Positions 27,948-42,200 of a stretch of 64,000 bases of DNA are shown here, in pieces. Positions within the stretch are counted from its first letter, which is position 1. Every line of letters begins with the position of its first letter. Under the pieces are notes generated by a model. The model saw nothing but the letters and a program-made list of their open reading frames with translations, was not told the origin of the DNA and made no database searches. A program made the position numbers and the translations under genes. Source of the stretch: Eledone cirrhosa (lineage: Eukaryota); the NCBI GenBank assembly GCA_964016885.1, contig OZ024740.1, forward strand, positions 256,122,001-256,186,000, in the 5' to 3' direction.

Positions 27948-28213
27948 TCAACACGATAACTAAGAGCTAAAATATGCCAAAAGGGAATTTAAAATCTGGC
28001 TAGTTACACCCCGTGTGGAATTAAGATAATAAACACACGTGGAGAACAGGGCTCGTGACGTCAGAATGGCGGTGTGCCAACAAAAGTAGAAACAATTATA
28101 TATATATATAAATGTCTAATGGTAGCTAAGATGCTTCCATGGGCGGTATGCCGGGGAAACAATTGTAACACACAATAAATTGAGTTCCGATGCATCACTG
28201 ATTTTTCGTTTAC

Positions 28214-28311
<98 letters not shown>

Positions 28312-28509
28312 ATAAGATCAGATCAATGTTCGATCCCTATCGACTGGGCCCAGCTCTGGAATCAAAAGCTATTATATATAAATATATATAGACACACACA
28401 CACGCACGCACACACACAAATCGATACAGATCGAACCTTGAGCTGATCAATAGCGAAATGCGCATCACTACTCACTAAACGTAATGAAGATATAACAAAT
28501 CGTCCTTTT

Positions 28510-28698
28510 AGTGGATTGGCAGTATCGGTAGAGGGTCGGATGTCATACATTGACGCATAGAGTTACGGTCATTCCATTCTGAGTTCAAATCCTGCCGAGG
28601 TCAACTTTGCCTTTCATCCTTACGGGGTCGATAAAATAAAGTACCAGTAATGTACTGGGTAATTGCTGGCCTTGTGCCAAAAGTAGAAACAATTATTA
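28510..28698 (+). mobile_element. tRNA-derived SINE family A
   Basis: Near-identical to 14010-14220; ends agtagaaacaattatt. Confidence 0.88.
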
Positions 28699-28848
28699 TG
28701 CACACACACACACACACACATACACACACACACGCACACACACACATATATATACACACACATGCACACACTAACACAGACACACACATATATATATATA
28801 AATTTAGAAGGAACACGGAGCTGTGTAGTTACTTGATAAAGCGTATTT

Positions 28849-29870
<1,022 letters not shown>

Positions 29871-30183
29871 CGAATGAATCTCCGCTACAGAGTTAAGAAC
29901 AAAGTAAATAAATACAATACAGAAGTAATAGGAACAAATAAATACATACACGCAAACAGATACGTACATACACAAGCATACGCAAAACCTTACCATAGGT
30001 ATACAAAACCACGCACATATAAATATGTGTATGTGTGTATGCTTGTGTACAAATAAATAAATAATTATATAAGCGTATATAAGTAAATAAATACGTATAT
30101 AACAAGCGCACACACATACCTACAAATAAATACATGAAGGTTCGGAGACGTAAGTCAACTAAAACAAGAAGTACACATATACA

Positions 30184-30250
<67 letters not shown>

Positions 30251-30283
30251 GTATATTTAAAATGTCATACACTTAACATGTAT

Positions 30284-30368
30284 GCGTGACCTTAGGTTTC
30301 ATGGTCCAGTTATATCCATCACTCTATAGTGGAGGAGCCGTTTCAATACTGGACTCTCATTCAGCGCC
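30284..30368 (-). ncRNA. Degenerate or variant hammerhead ribozyme
   Basis: GCG-CUGAAUGA-ga-GUCCAGU...ACUGGAC-cau-GAA-ACC(uaa)GGU-C-ACGC. Confidence 0.6.
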
Positions 30369-30771
30369 AGGATAAAATTACGAAAACAATCGTTAGCCCA
30401 CTACATTTGGTTTTAATACAGTAGAGAGCCCTTTTCGAGAACAAGGGAGACAATTCCCGAGTTCCTAATTTTTCGGGGTAGAAATGTGCGTTTGTTTAAT
30501 GTGTGTGACTTAATTTATAATCTAATCTTTCAGTAAATGCTTAATCCCTTTAAAGGAGTTCGTTGGTAGATGGTAGATTGTTTACACTTGAGGGGCCATG
30601 GGAGATACCTTCTGATGGGATATATTTATGACTGTGTGTAATCGAGCCGAGGGTTTGGGTAGGAAGAGCACTAACTCGCAGTCGACTCCTGCGAAATATA
30701 TATAATGGATATGAAAATAAACTTACATGCAACTGCTTCCGACCTTCGATATATTTAATCACCCCCCCCCC

Positions 30772-30861
<90 letters not shown>

Positions 30862-30966
30862 GAGTAGCTTTCACCGTATTTTTGACTAAAGGAATTTTAG
30901 CCTGATAATCGGGTTTAGAACCCTCAGATAAATAGAAAAAGATGACTATTGACGTACATATACCAC

Positions 30967-31810
30967 GTACGGGTATAAATTTATGGTACCCATTTACGTG
31001 TTTTGTATGAAACAATTAACTTTATGTCTACTCTGGAAGTTTTACATAACCTTGCCTATTGAGTATGCTGAGATGCAAACGGTACTAACAGGGAAACCTT
31101 ATGCTAGTCCCGTCAACTTATTATTATTTTCTCCCAACTCGCAGATTCACAATGAGAGTAAGTTGAGCAATCTTCCACGTTTTTTTTTTATTGTGTTTTC
31201 TTTAATGTACGCTCTAATACCTGTTCTATAGTTCTCTGTCACTCACCTATTGACACGTACAAGTTGTGAAATTAATTGGTTTGACGCACGTGGTTGGTCG
31301 AAATATCCCGAATTCGAATTCTAACCAGCGTGCTAATTCTATATCGCTGTCTAATTGCCGATTGGCATTTAATGTCCGGAAAGATTTTAGGCACTATTAT
31401 TGTTTACTGTCACACCGTATTCGCTATGGTACTTGGAGGACAGAGCCGAATGCTACCATGCTATTGTTCAGCGATTCGAGACACAATTTCTTTAATAACC
31501 GACCTTTTCATTTAAGTGTTAATTTGTGTTTGAGTTGAGATATGTTACTGTCGATCGATTGGTTATAGATTAGGCGAGATCCGCTGATGAAGCCACATGC
31601 ACCGATTGTGCATCGTTGCATAATAAATGCAGACTGTAGATGCTGTGCCCTCTCTTGCTGCATTAAGTGTGGCCGAAAATCGAGTACGGGTATTTATGGT
31701 ACTCATTTACGTGTTTTGTACTGAAGCAAATAACCCTGTGTCTACTCTGGGGTTTTATATTATCTTACCTAATGAATACGCTGAGATGCAACCGGGAAGG
31801 GAAACCTTAT
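30967..31810 (+). mobile_element. Terminally redundant non-coding HHR element (retrozyme or non-autonomous PLE-like), unit 717 bp
   Basis: 30967-31095 is repeated at 31684-31810. HHR at 31579-31691: AUCCG-CUGAUGA-A-GCCACA...UGUGGC-C-GAAAAUCGAG-UA-CGGGU. Confidence 0.7.
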
Positions 31811-33565
31811 ATTATTATTACAGTTGCATTTATCTTGCTTTATCTTCATGGGCAGTTCCCATTAGTACTATCTTTTGTATTTCTACTATATGCAGGTTTC
31901 CTGTGATTTGCGATAAGTAATCCTTAGACCCCTTAGATATCATTCCTATAGCGCTACAACCACTGGTATTGTTTTAGTTCTCAATTTCCACATTTTTCCA
32001 ATTTCTATCTCCAGGTCCTTATACTTGCTCAATTTTTCAAATGTTTTTATAGATACATTCTTGTGTATTGGAACGGACATATCAATTAGCAGGCATACCC
32101 TCTTTTTAAAGTCCTTCAGTATTATATCAGGTCTATTTGCATCTATTTTTCGTTCTGTTTGGATGCTAAAGTTCCACAAGATTGAGATGTGATATTTTTC
32201 AAGTATGGGAGGTGGTTGATGCTCCCACCAATTCTTTTGATGGGGCAGGTCAAAATGCTTACACATTATCTAATGTATGTATTGTGCAGTTCTGTCGTGC
32301 CTGTTTAGGTATTCGGTTGAAGCTATATAACTGCACATTGAAATTATATGATCAATGGTCTCTGGTTGTTTTTTTACATACGCGGCATAATGGGTTGCAT
32401 CCATTTTTTATTATGTTGGCTTGGTAATTTTTTGTTGGCAGATACTGATCTTGTGCTGATATAATCAGTCCTTCAGTCTCCGATTTCAGTCCAGTGGATA
32501 CCAACCACTGATGGGTTAAAGTTTTGTCAACATCAGGATTGTTAGCTCTTTCTGGGTATTTTCCATACAGAGGCTTTTCTTACCATTTCTTAGCCAGTTT
32601 CTGTAGCAGTTCTTTCTTTGTAGTTACTTTTACCTGCTTTGCTTTTTCTGTGTTTTTCATTTCAGCAGTAAGTGGAACTTCTGAAATTTGTAGTCCATTA
32701 CTGTATCTTTGTGCATCTTTTGTAATGGAGTATGATCTTTTGATGCTTTCGTGTTTCAAAACGAGTTTGATCATCCAATCATGTGATTCCTTTAGATATG
32801 TAGATAATCCAATAGTTGTAGTTTTCAAAGCAATATCTAACTGGATTAATCCACGTCCTCCTTCTTTCCTAGGGAGATATATTCTATTTGCATCAGCCTT
32901 AGGGTGATGCATTCTGTGCATGGTTAAGAGTTTTCGAATTTTTGTATCGAGCCTACGGATCTCTGTGCTTGACCAGTTGATGACATTGTAACTGTAGGTT
33001 ACTACTGGTATGGCAAGCGTGTTTATGGCATCGATCCTATTCCTTGCATTCAATTCCGTTCTTAAGATTGCTCTTACTCTGCGATAACATTCCTTCCTTA
33101 TCCTTTCCCTCATTGTCGAGTGCTTGATTCCGTCTCCTTCACAAACACCTAGATATTTGTAAGTTTCTTCTTGATCAAGTTCTCTTATCACATTCCCCCG
33201 ATCAAGATTAATGTCTGAACTTTTCAGCAGCTTTTCTCTGGCGCATTTATCTAGTCCAAACTCCATTTTAATGTCATCACTGAACTGCTTCACAGTGGAT
33301 AATAGCCCATGAAATTGTTCATCACTTTTTGCAAATAGTTTCAGGTCATCCATGTAGAACAGGTGATTAATGGTTTTGTCATAGACTTTTTATCCATGTT
33401 TTGTTTCATTGAGCATTTTACTTAATGGTATAAGTGCGATGCAGAATAAAAGCGGTGATAAAGAGTCACCCTGAAAAATTCCACAATTAATATTAACTTC
33501 TCCAGCTCCCAGTGATTTTTTTTCACTATTCAAAAGGAGTGTCGTTTTCCATGTCTTCATACTGA
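31811..33565 (-). mobile_element. R4/Dong-like non-LTR retrotransposon, 5'-truncated (RT, CCHC finger, restriction-like endonuclease)
   Basis: GIFQGDSLSPLLFCIALIPL, NHLFYMDDLKLFAK, YKYLG, RIYLPRKEGGRGL, WNFSIQT..IDANRPDI, LIDMSVP, K..KYKDL. (ATT)n at both ends. Confidence 0.92.
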
Positions 33566-33598
<33 letters not shown>

Positions 33599-34057
33599 GG
33601 CCACCTACGTAGTAAATCGTATCATCGTGAGCTCCGCAAAGGTTTGTTATTTTCAGTTGTTTAAAATTGCCATTTATGGAAAGTTTTTATTTTTAAATGT
33701 ATATAAGTGCACATACATTGATTTCAGAAAAGGACACTCAAAATATTGGGGCCTTGAGCCCAAAATTTAAACTTTTTATAATTATCAAACAAAAATTTTT
33801 CTTTGAAAAATCATGGATGTCTCAGAGTCACTCCTTCCTCACACTCTAATACCTTACACCGACACCACCATTGTAAATATTGCTACGTTTGCCAACACTG
33901 GATATGTATGCAGTAGCAATATTTTAAATTTGTCTAAGGCAGACGTTCATTTCCCGCCATTACCAATGACTGCAGGTGTTAAAGCCGCCACCACCCCCAC
34001 TACCACCACAGCGACAACAGAAACAAAAGAAAAAATAAATTAACTCGTGATATCGAA

Positions 34058-35735
34058 ATGAATTCAACAAAAATGAACTCTTCCACACCGAACGCCACTG
34101 ACGCCACCACCACCACAACTGAAACAAATATTAACAATAGCAAAAATAACGATAACAACAACAGCAACAATGGAATTAAGAAAAATACCCTGAGTTTTGC
34201 CAGAGTAGCAAAAACGTGCGAGGCGATCCAGGTAACTCAGGAGGAATTAGAAGAAGCCAAGGGAAGGGTAAAGAAAGATGGGTACAGGGTCAGCCCCCCC
34301 CCCCACCTAATAAAATGGAGCAACGTCGCCTATGCACCGTGTCTTATCGGACAATTAACATACAATCGCGTCGAGTGGAACGGGCATCCGAGTCCCAAAT
34401 CCAAAACGCTTTGGGACATGTGTAGGCAAAAAAAAACCCACATCAGACGTGGGCAGAAGTATGGAACCGTGGACGTGTTCTTTGAAACACCACAGGAGGC
34501 CAGAGAACACTCCATGGCCTCATTAAGAAGTGACGACTTCACACTCGTCCCAAGCTATTGTGGCCAGAGACTTGTGAAGATCAGGGTGACCCACGTTCCA
34601 CCGGCCATCGAAATTCCCTGGCTAATGGCTGCAGTCCTCGCCGGCATCGAGGCCAACACCAAGATAATTGAAATACCGAAAGAAAAGCTGGAGAACTGGT
34701 CCGGATCTGGGATGGAGCTCCTGATCCAAGCGGACCATAAAAGCATTGAGGAGATCCCAGAGGTAATAGACCTCACTGACGGCAGCCACCTCACCGTAAT
34801 CGTCGAGGGCAGAAGACCTAGGTGTGTCATTTGTGGTGAAGGAACCCACCTAAGGGCTTTCTGCCCTCAGGCTAAAAAGTTGAGGCCACCTCTCTTACCC
34901 ACACCAGTGACTCAACCATCAACACCACCAGCAGCAGAGATGGCAGCAACAACTGTAGCAGCAACAACAGATGCAACTGTAACAGCAACAACCCCAGCAA
35001 CAGTAGTAAAACCAACACCACCACCACCCAATGCGCCAGAACTAGCACCAGCGCCTACACCACCCACCACGCCACAACCAAAACCAGCGCATGTGGAGGA
35101 TTTTCCACTTCCCGGCTATCGCAACTGGAGACAGATTGTGACGGCGAAGAGTGGGAAACGGTATCAGGAATAAAGAAAAAAGAAACCAAAAAAGAAAAAA
35201 ATTCTCTTCCTTCCCCCTCCAAAAACAAAATACAGAGGGAAACAAATAAATTATCAAACAAAAAAGTTAGGACAGATATGCCACCATCCACACCAGCATC
35301 ACCAACCCCATCACCACAAAGACCAACACCATCACCATCATTAACCCCAACACCACCATCACCAACACCACAAAAGTCACCAAAAAGTGTAACAGAAACA
35401 AACCCACAACAAACGCAAACAAAAAACAACCAAAAGATACACTCTACACAGCATTAAATTTGAACAACAACCAATTTTTACACTACATGCAACACAACAC
35501 CAGCATCACAGAAAAAGACTACACAACAATCCAAAAGTTCACACCACCTCCACACATACAAATCAGTCGCATCACACAGAAAACGTACACGACACTAAAA
35601 CAAAAATTCCCCAAAGACATCGGAGACTTCCGACAAACACTCTCCAGGAGGATTTATGAGGACATCCTTCCGGAGCAGGCCACAAGCATTGAAAAGGATG
35701 GACAAACCATCCTTCCTCTACGAGATGTAAGGTAA
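34058..35735 (+). pseudogene. Tx1 ORF1 (gag-like nucleic-acid-binding protein), disrupted in its C-terminal part
   Basis: 371-aa open frame 34058-35173 with SFARVAK and CX2CX4HX4C knuckle CVICGEGTHLRAFC; C-terminal segment 35460-35735 is conserved in the other Tx1 copies (16300-16480, 41320-41460). Confidence 0.85.
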
Positions 35736-35769
35736 GTGGTCTTTCCCATCTTTTTCACTCCATTTCAAC

Positions 35770-38700
35770 ATGACCTCACTCAGAATAGGCAGCATAAATG
35801 CGCGTGGCTTGGGGTCGTCATGGAAGCAGGGCCACCTGCTCAACACCCTCAGGTCACTAAACATAGATGTAGTGACAATCAGCGAGACCAGAATCTCCGA
35901 AGCACAGGCCTTCGCACCGATTTTCGGCGGCTACGATGTGTACGCAACTCCCAGCCGTCCGGGATCGGGGGAAGGAGTTGCTGTGCTTTTTCGGAGAGGT
36001 TTGGATCTCGCCATACGGGCCATCTTCCTGGATGTAAGTTGGTGGTGTTAGACGTGACCAGCGGAGACGGGAAAGCTTTCAGGCTAGTGGCCGTCTATAC
36101 CCCGACAGGAGCAGGGCGGCCTGATTTCTTCCGGCGTCTGGAGACCTTTCTTGGAACGTCCCGCTCTTTAGTGTTAGTGGGCGAATGGAACGGGATCTTA
36201 GAATGATGCTGGGACTGTGTGGGATTAGCGGATAGGGGAGGAGGGTGCAAGAGCCTCACCAACCTGCTCAGGCGGTTTGAAATGTCTGACAGGTACCGAT
36301 TGGATTTCCCGAATGTACCAATGTGGACTTGGACAAATTGCATAGGGTCATCCCGATCATATCTAGATAGAGTATTTTGTAGAGAAATAGATAGGTCTAG
36401 CATAGGCTGTCCACAATTCAAGATAATCAGCTACACGGACCACAAATTCGTGATCAGTGTGCTTGACTTAGATAGGCTTCATAGACGAGGACCCGGCTAC
36501 TGGAAGCTAAACGCGTCTTTACCAGCGTGCAAGGTCTACAGAGACCGGATTAGCGAACTAGTTAAGCGGGCGTTGACGGGAGCCATCGTCAACAACAAGT
36601 GGTGGATTGCTCTGAAAAGAGCAATTAGAATAGAGTCCATTAGGTAGGTAAGGCTTTAGCAATAGAGAAAAATAGGGCAGAGAGAGAATTAGTTAGAAAA
36701 TAATACGAGGCGCTTAGCAAAGGCATCGCGACCGACGTACTTGCGGCGAAATTGGCCCTTGACCAATTCTTCAATGCAAAGTACGAAGGCTGCGTTGTCA
36801 GAGCTAGGGTGCGTGCTCTCAGACACGAGTGGACGAAAGCCGTTCAATGGGACCGAGTGGCAGAGGCGTGTCGTGGCAACAAAGCCACGATCCGGTCTTT
36901 GGTGGACCACGACGGGCGCATGCTACTCGATCCCGGGCAAATGTGTGAAGCTTTTCAGCGACACTTCGCTCAGTTGTTCGGGGGAAGCGGCGGGCCGGAT
37001 CGAAGGATGGACTTTAGTGTCTACCTCGACGGACTGCCGCGGCTCTCGGCCACTGAGGCGGAGTGTTGCGAAAAGCCGATAACAACCGCTGAAGTACGGG
37101 AGGCAATGACCAGCTGCACAAGGGGTAAATCGCCTGTTTTGGATGGTCTGCCCTATGAACTTTACGTACAGATGCCAGACTTGTTCGGAGGCCTCTTGGT
37201 GGACGTCTACTGCAACTGGCAACAAAACGGGAGAATTCACAGCTCTGTGAACCGAGGAGTGGTGGCGCTGCTGAGAAAGGATCCGAACATGGGGGATAAC
37301 ATAGATAATTTTAGGCCCATAACTCTGCTAAACACAGAGTTCAAGATTTTGGCCAAGGTGCTAGCAAAGAGGTTGGCGCTTGTCGTTGGTGGTCTGGTGG
37401 GAGAGGCGCAGACATGCGCCATTCCCGACAGATCCTTCCACTACAACCTCCACCTCATGCGATACATCGTAGAGAGGGTAGCTAAAGAACCTGGTCGGGT
37501 GGGTCCTTGATCAATTTAGATCAGTCGAAAGCTTTCGATAGGGTCGACCATCGTTACCGAGCGGCAGTCCTGAGGGCGGCTGGCTTTGGGCCCGTCTTCA
37601 GAGGCTGGATCGCTGCCATGCACAGCGACATCTGCTCTGTGGTGAGAGTGAACGGTCAACTTTCGGAACCGTTCAACATCATGCGCTCGGTCCGCCAAGG
37701 ATGTCCCCTCTCGTCCCTCTTGTACGTATTGACTCTCGAGCCATTACTGCACAAACTGGAGACGTTGAGGGGGGGTCCCGCGCGAACTAGGATGCGGAAG
37801 ATCCGTGTCAGCATATACGGACGATGTCCCCGTAGTGGTGTCGAACGCCAAACACATCGAGGCGATCGGCACTACACTAAGAGAATACGAAGACGTGACA
37901 GGAGGAATGATCAACCAGGAAAAGTCAGTGGGCCTGCAGCTCGGCACCTGGAGAGGCAGGTCCATGCCGTCCAACAGCGTCGTCGGGCGTTGGACGGACG
38001 GACCAGTTAAATTGCTCGGGGTCTGGTCCGGTCCGGATCTCCAGGCGGACAAAAACTGGGACGAGGTGACGAGCAGGGTGGCTTCTCTCACCCAGAAGTG
38101 GGCCGAGAGGAAGCTATCCCTGAAACGTTGAGCGGAGGTGGCTAACGCGTACATCGCGTCCGTCATCTACTACCTCCTGACCGTCGTATCTTGTCCTAAG
38201 CCCCGCCTGACTGCGCTGGAGCGTTTGCTCTTTCGCTTTTTGTAGAAGGGACGCGCTCCGATGGTCAGGCGGTCCATCTGCTGTCAACACCCGCTATGTG
38301 GAGGGCTGGGATGCCCTGGCTGATGATGCGCAGACACGTGCTCAGGCTACGACATCTCCACCTCTTCTTCGACGGTGATCAGGTGTGGTCTCCGTTTGCT
38401 AGACGCGTCTTTCCCCAGCTCGTCTCCTTGACAGAGCTGCAGTCCTGGGTCAAGCAAAGACCGAGAGCGAGCGCCTGGAGACTGGAATGTCTTCAGGCAC
38501 TCACAGCCCTCGACCAATCGGGCAATGTGATCGGTGGAAACTCCACCTTGGCGTTCTATAGAGGATTAGTGGAGGGGAAGAGCGACGACGTACTTGGGGA
38601 AACTCTAGGCGTCGACGAAAATCAATTAGCCAATCTCTTCGGAAGAACTTTCAGGCCGGGGCCTATGAACAACTTCCAGAAATGCCTGGCCTGGCAGTGC

Positions 38701-39179
38701 TACCGAGGAGCTTTGCCAGTTCGGGATAAACTCTACAGGCATGGAGGTGCCGTCAGCCGGGCATGTCCGAGATGCGCGCAGGGCGACGAAACCGTCCTGC
38801 ACGCACTCGTCCAGTGTCCGAGCATTGCTGACTTGTGTGTTTATGTCGAACACCTGCTGTCGTGTTTAGGACGGATCCAGCTATCAGCTGAGTCCATCGT
38901 GAGGATTGCCCCGCCCTCTTCCTTTAGCCGGGAAGGGCAGGCAGTTTTTATCTGTCTGGTGGCCATGGCGAAAGAGATAGTATGGTGGACACGTTTGAAA
39001 GGGCTGAAGACGAGCACGTACCTATTCGGTGATGCCCTGATTAATTTTTCAAATTTCATTTAAAAAGGAAAATCAGGGTAGAAAGGGAAGTGCTCTCTTC
39101 CCAGCATTTTGTTGAAAGATGGGTGAGAGAGGCAAGAATGGCCCGAGTGAATGGGTCTACTCGGAGTATGTGTCTGTAA
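35770..39179 (+). pseudogene. Tx1 ORF2: APE endonuclease, reverse transcriptase, C-terminal zinc finger; frameshifts and stops
   Basis: SINARGL, ISETR, SYLDRV, TDHK, KSPVLDG, NFRPITLLNTEFKILAK, LDQSKAFDRV, VRQGCPLS, AYTDD, KLLGV, CPRC..DET..HALVQCP. Confidence 0.93.
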
Positions 39180-39449
39180 ATTAAAGGTGGAAAAGTGGGA
39201 GAGGGCACTTGCCCTGGTGGTCAGGGTCACTGTGTCTTTTTAATGGGTTTTCTCCACGAATGTCCCTCGGAAGTCTCCCCCCCCCTATTGGGGAATTTTT
39301 TTTCATTGTTCTATTATTACATCCTCTGTTTCTTGTTTTTTACACGCAAAAATGCCCATTAGTACCGCCCTGTATTGTCCTGCACTGTCCTTAATGTCTA
39401 CTTTATGTAGACCCTTGTGGTTAATAAAGAAAGCATTATTATTATTATT

Positions 39450-39928
39450 ATTGTTCTTTGAGTCTCAGTCATTGATGTTAGTTAACTGGAAAGTTTGTTG
39501 AAATGAATATCAAGCCACTACCTGCAGCCTCAGATATTCAGGACATATCGGAGGGTACTTGCTGTTCCCATCAAGCATGCCTTTTGAAGCGTTCCAAAAA
39601 GCGTGAAGGGGCCAATTTTCTTTAACCATCCCTGGAAACTTTTGGAGATAGTACCTAGTGCGCCTATGACAATCGGGACCACTTTGACTTCATGGCAGTT
39701 CCAAATCTTTTTTACCTCCCACTTTAAGTCCTGGTATCGGTTAATTTTCTCCCTCTCCTTCTCTTGCACTCTCGTGTCGAATGGGCAGGCCACATCCACA
39801 ATCAGGCACGATCTTTTTTCCACAACCACCAGGTCAGGTCTGTTGTGTTCCAGTTTCTTGTCCGTGTGTATCCTAAAATCCCACAGCACCTTCACCTGAT
39901 CGTTTTCTAACACCGACTCTGGCTTATG

Positions 39929-39931
<3 letters not shown>
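39450..39931 (-). mobile_element. R4/Dong-like LINE 3' fragment (second family) flanked by (ATT)n
   Basis: HKPESVLEN..KVLWDF.I.TD....HNRPD.VVV, IVDVACP, EKINRYQDL, VVPIVIGALG. Confidence 0.9.
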
Positions 39932-39979
<48 letters not shown>

Positions 39980-40017
39980 GTTGTTCTTTGAGAAACAATT
40001 ATTATTATTATTATTAC

Positions 40018-40098
40018 AGTTGCATTTATCTTGCTTTATGTCCATACGAGTTATCACCAAGTCACAACCAGTGACCTCAAGAGACAACAAGGTCCGCC
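40018..40098 (-). mobile_element. Very short 3' stub of the Dong-like family at 31811
   Basis: attattacagttgcatttatcttgctttat is identical to the end at 31814-31843; (ATT)n on both sides. Confidence 0.75.
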
Positions 40099-40154
40099 AT
40101 TATTATTATTATTATTACTATTATTATTATTATTATTATTAATATTATTATTAT

Positions 40155-40589
40155 AAGGGTTAAAGATAGACACTTTCCTCTTCGGCGAATCCCTAATTAA
40201 CTTTTTCAAGTTTCACTTGAAGAGGAAAATCAGGGTGGAGAGGCAAGTGCTGCTTTCTAGCAAGTTTGTTGAAAGGTGGGTGAATATACGTCTGTAGTTT
40301 GAGAGATGGAAAAATTGACAGAGGGCGCTTGCCCTGGTAGTCAGGGTGGCCGTGGTCTTTTGTGTGGTTTTCACCACGAGTAACCCTCGGAGGTTTCCCC
40401 CCTATTGGGGAATTTTTCATTGTTTCAATTTTCATTTTATTGTTTATATATAAATATATGTTTTATGTCTTTTTTCTTTTCTTATATAAATAATAAAAAT
40501 ATTTACACGCACAAAACTCACATCGTACCGTCCTGTACTGTCTGTGATGTTTTTCTTGATGTCAGCCCTTGTGGCCAATAAAGAAATCA

Positions 40590-40590
<1 letters not shown>
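40155..40590 (+). mobile_element. 5'-truncated Tx1 3' end
   Basis: Aligns with 39000-39434; ends cccttgtggccaataaagaaatc then (ATC/ATT)n. Confidence 0.88.
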
Positions 40591-40621
<31 letters not shown>

Positions 40622-42200
40622 GTGGAAGTATACAGGTCGCAGGAAAATTTTGCTCCCGTAAATTTGTGATTTTTGAAGTTTTTATTGCGAACTTATTGTA
40701 AAAATTTATATTGTTTTGTATTTAAACACACTCCGCTTCATTTGAGGTGGTCGAAATTAATCAGTATTTAGCCTTTCGGGGCTAAATTCCAATTTGAACA
40801 TTGCATTTAGCAAATACGCCCACAAAAAAAAAGAAAATCGGTGTCATTCAAAAAATCTGTTTCTCTACCAAGCTATCGTTCTCTACCTTGTCTACCCTCA
40901 CAACAATTTCTTTCTTCACCCAGCTGTCAGCGTGGAGTCTCGCTTTCCTTTTCGTCTTCATCATCATCACATAGTGAAAGTCAGCCAAAGCCCTTTTCAT
41001 TATCTTCTGCATGAAGCGGCGGTCGAGAAGAGGCTGCTGCTGATGCATTAGACATCAAAGGAGGTTGTAGCAGTAGCGGCAGTATTAACAATAAAACTAG
41101 TGGTAGCAGTATAGCAGTAACAGCAGTAGCGGCAACACCAACAACCCCGTTTGTAGCAATAACAACAACATCATCAACAACAAACCAGTAGCAACAGTAG
41201 CGACGGCAACAATTATGCCACTGAAAAAGGGACCATCTCTTTTGCAAAGGTGGCTCGCAACGTAGAAACAGTCCTGATCACAGAGGAGGAGATGACGGTC
41301 GCAAGACACATGGAAGACTGTAAACAATTAAAGCAAACATTCCCCAACGCAGTTGGGTATTTCAGGGGGTCACTCTCCAAAAGAATCTATACAGATATCA
41401 TCTTAGAGACACCCATGACCAGCCGAAGGGACTGTTCTACTGTCCCTTCCCTTCCCCACACGATCAAGGTAAGTGATCTCACCCAGCATGGTCGTACTCA
41501 GTATAAATTACGTGGCCTGAGATCATATTGGAAGCAGAGTCACCTGCTCAACGACCTCAGGTCACTCAACATAGATGTGGTGGCCATCAGCGTGACCAGA
41601 ATCCCCGAAGCACGAGCCTTCGCACCGATCTTCGGCGGTTACGATGTATACGCATCTCCCCGTCGGTAAGTCGGTGGTGATGGACGTGACAGGCAGCGAA
41701 GGCAATGCTTTCAGGCTAGTAGCCGTCTACGCCCCAACAGGGGCAGGACGGCCAGTTTTCTTCAGACGTCTAGAGACCTTTCTTGGAACGTCCCGCCCTT
41801 TAGTGTTAGTGGGTGACTGGAACGGTATCTTAGATGCACGCTGGGATTATGTGGGGCTAGAAGACAGGGGAGTAGGGTGTAAACGCCTCAACAACCTGCC
41901 CAGACGTTTTGAACTGTCTGACAGGTACAGACTGGATTATCCGAATGTACCAATGTGGACATGGGCAAACCGCATCGGGTCATCGAGATCGTATCTAGAT
42001 AGGGTATTCTGTAGGGAAACAGATAAGGTTAGTGTAAGTTGTCCACGATTTAAAGTAGTCGACTATACAGACCACAAATTTGTGATCTGTGAAGTTGACT
42101 TAGGTAGACTCCATAGGCACGGGCCCAGTTACTGGAAGCTGAACGCGTCGTTCCCGGCGCGCAAAGCTTACAGAGACCGGATTAGCGAATTAGTGATCTA
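40622..42200 (+). mobile_element. Tx1 copy, 5' part with internal deletions (ORF1 remnants, APE)
   Basis: SFAKVARN, LRGLRSYWKQSHLLNDLRSLNIDVVAIS, LVAVYAP, VGDWN, SYLDRV, YTDHK, WKLN. Begins right after (ATT)n. Confidence 0.88.

Larger units (their letters stand above)
33599..39434 (+). mobile_element. Near full-length Tx1/L1-clade LINE inserted in (ATT)n
   Basis: ORF1 with zinc knuckle, ORF2 APE-RT-zinc finger, 3' UTR ending cccttgtggttaataaagaaagc; (ATT)n at 33567-33598 and from 39435. Confidence 0.95.
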
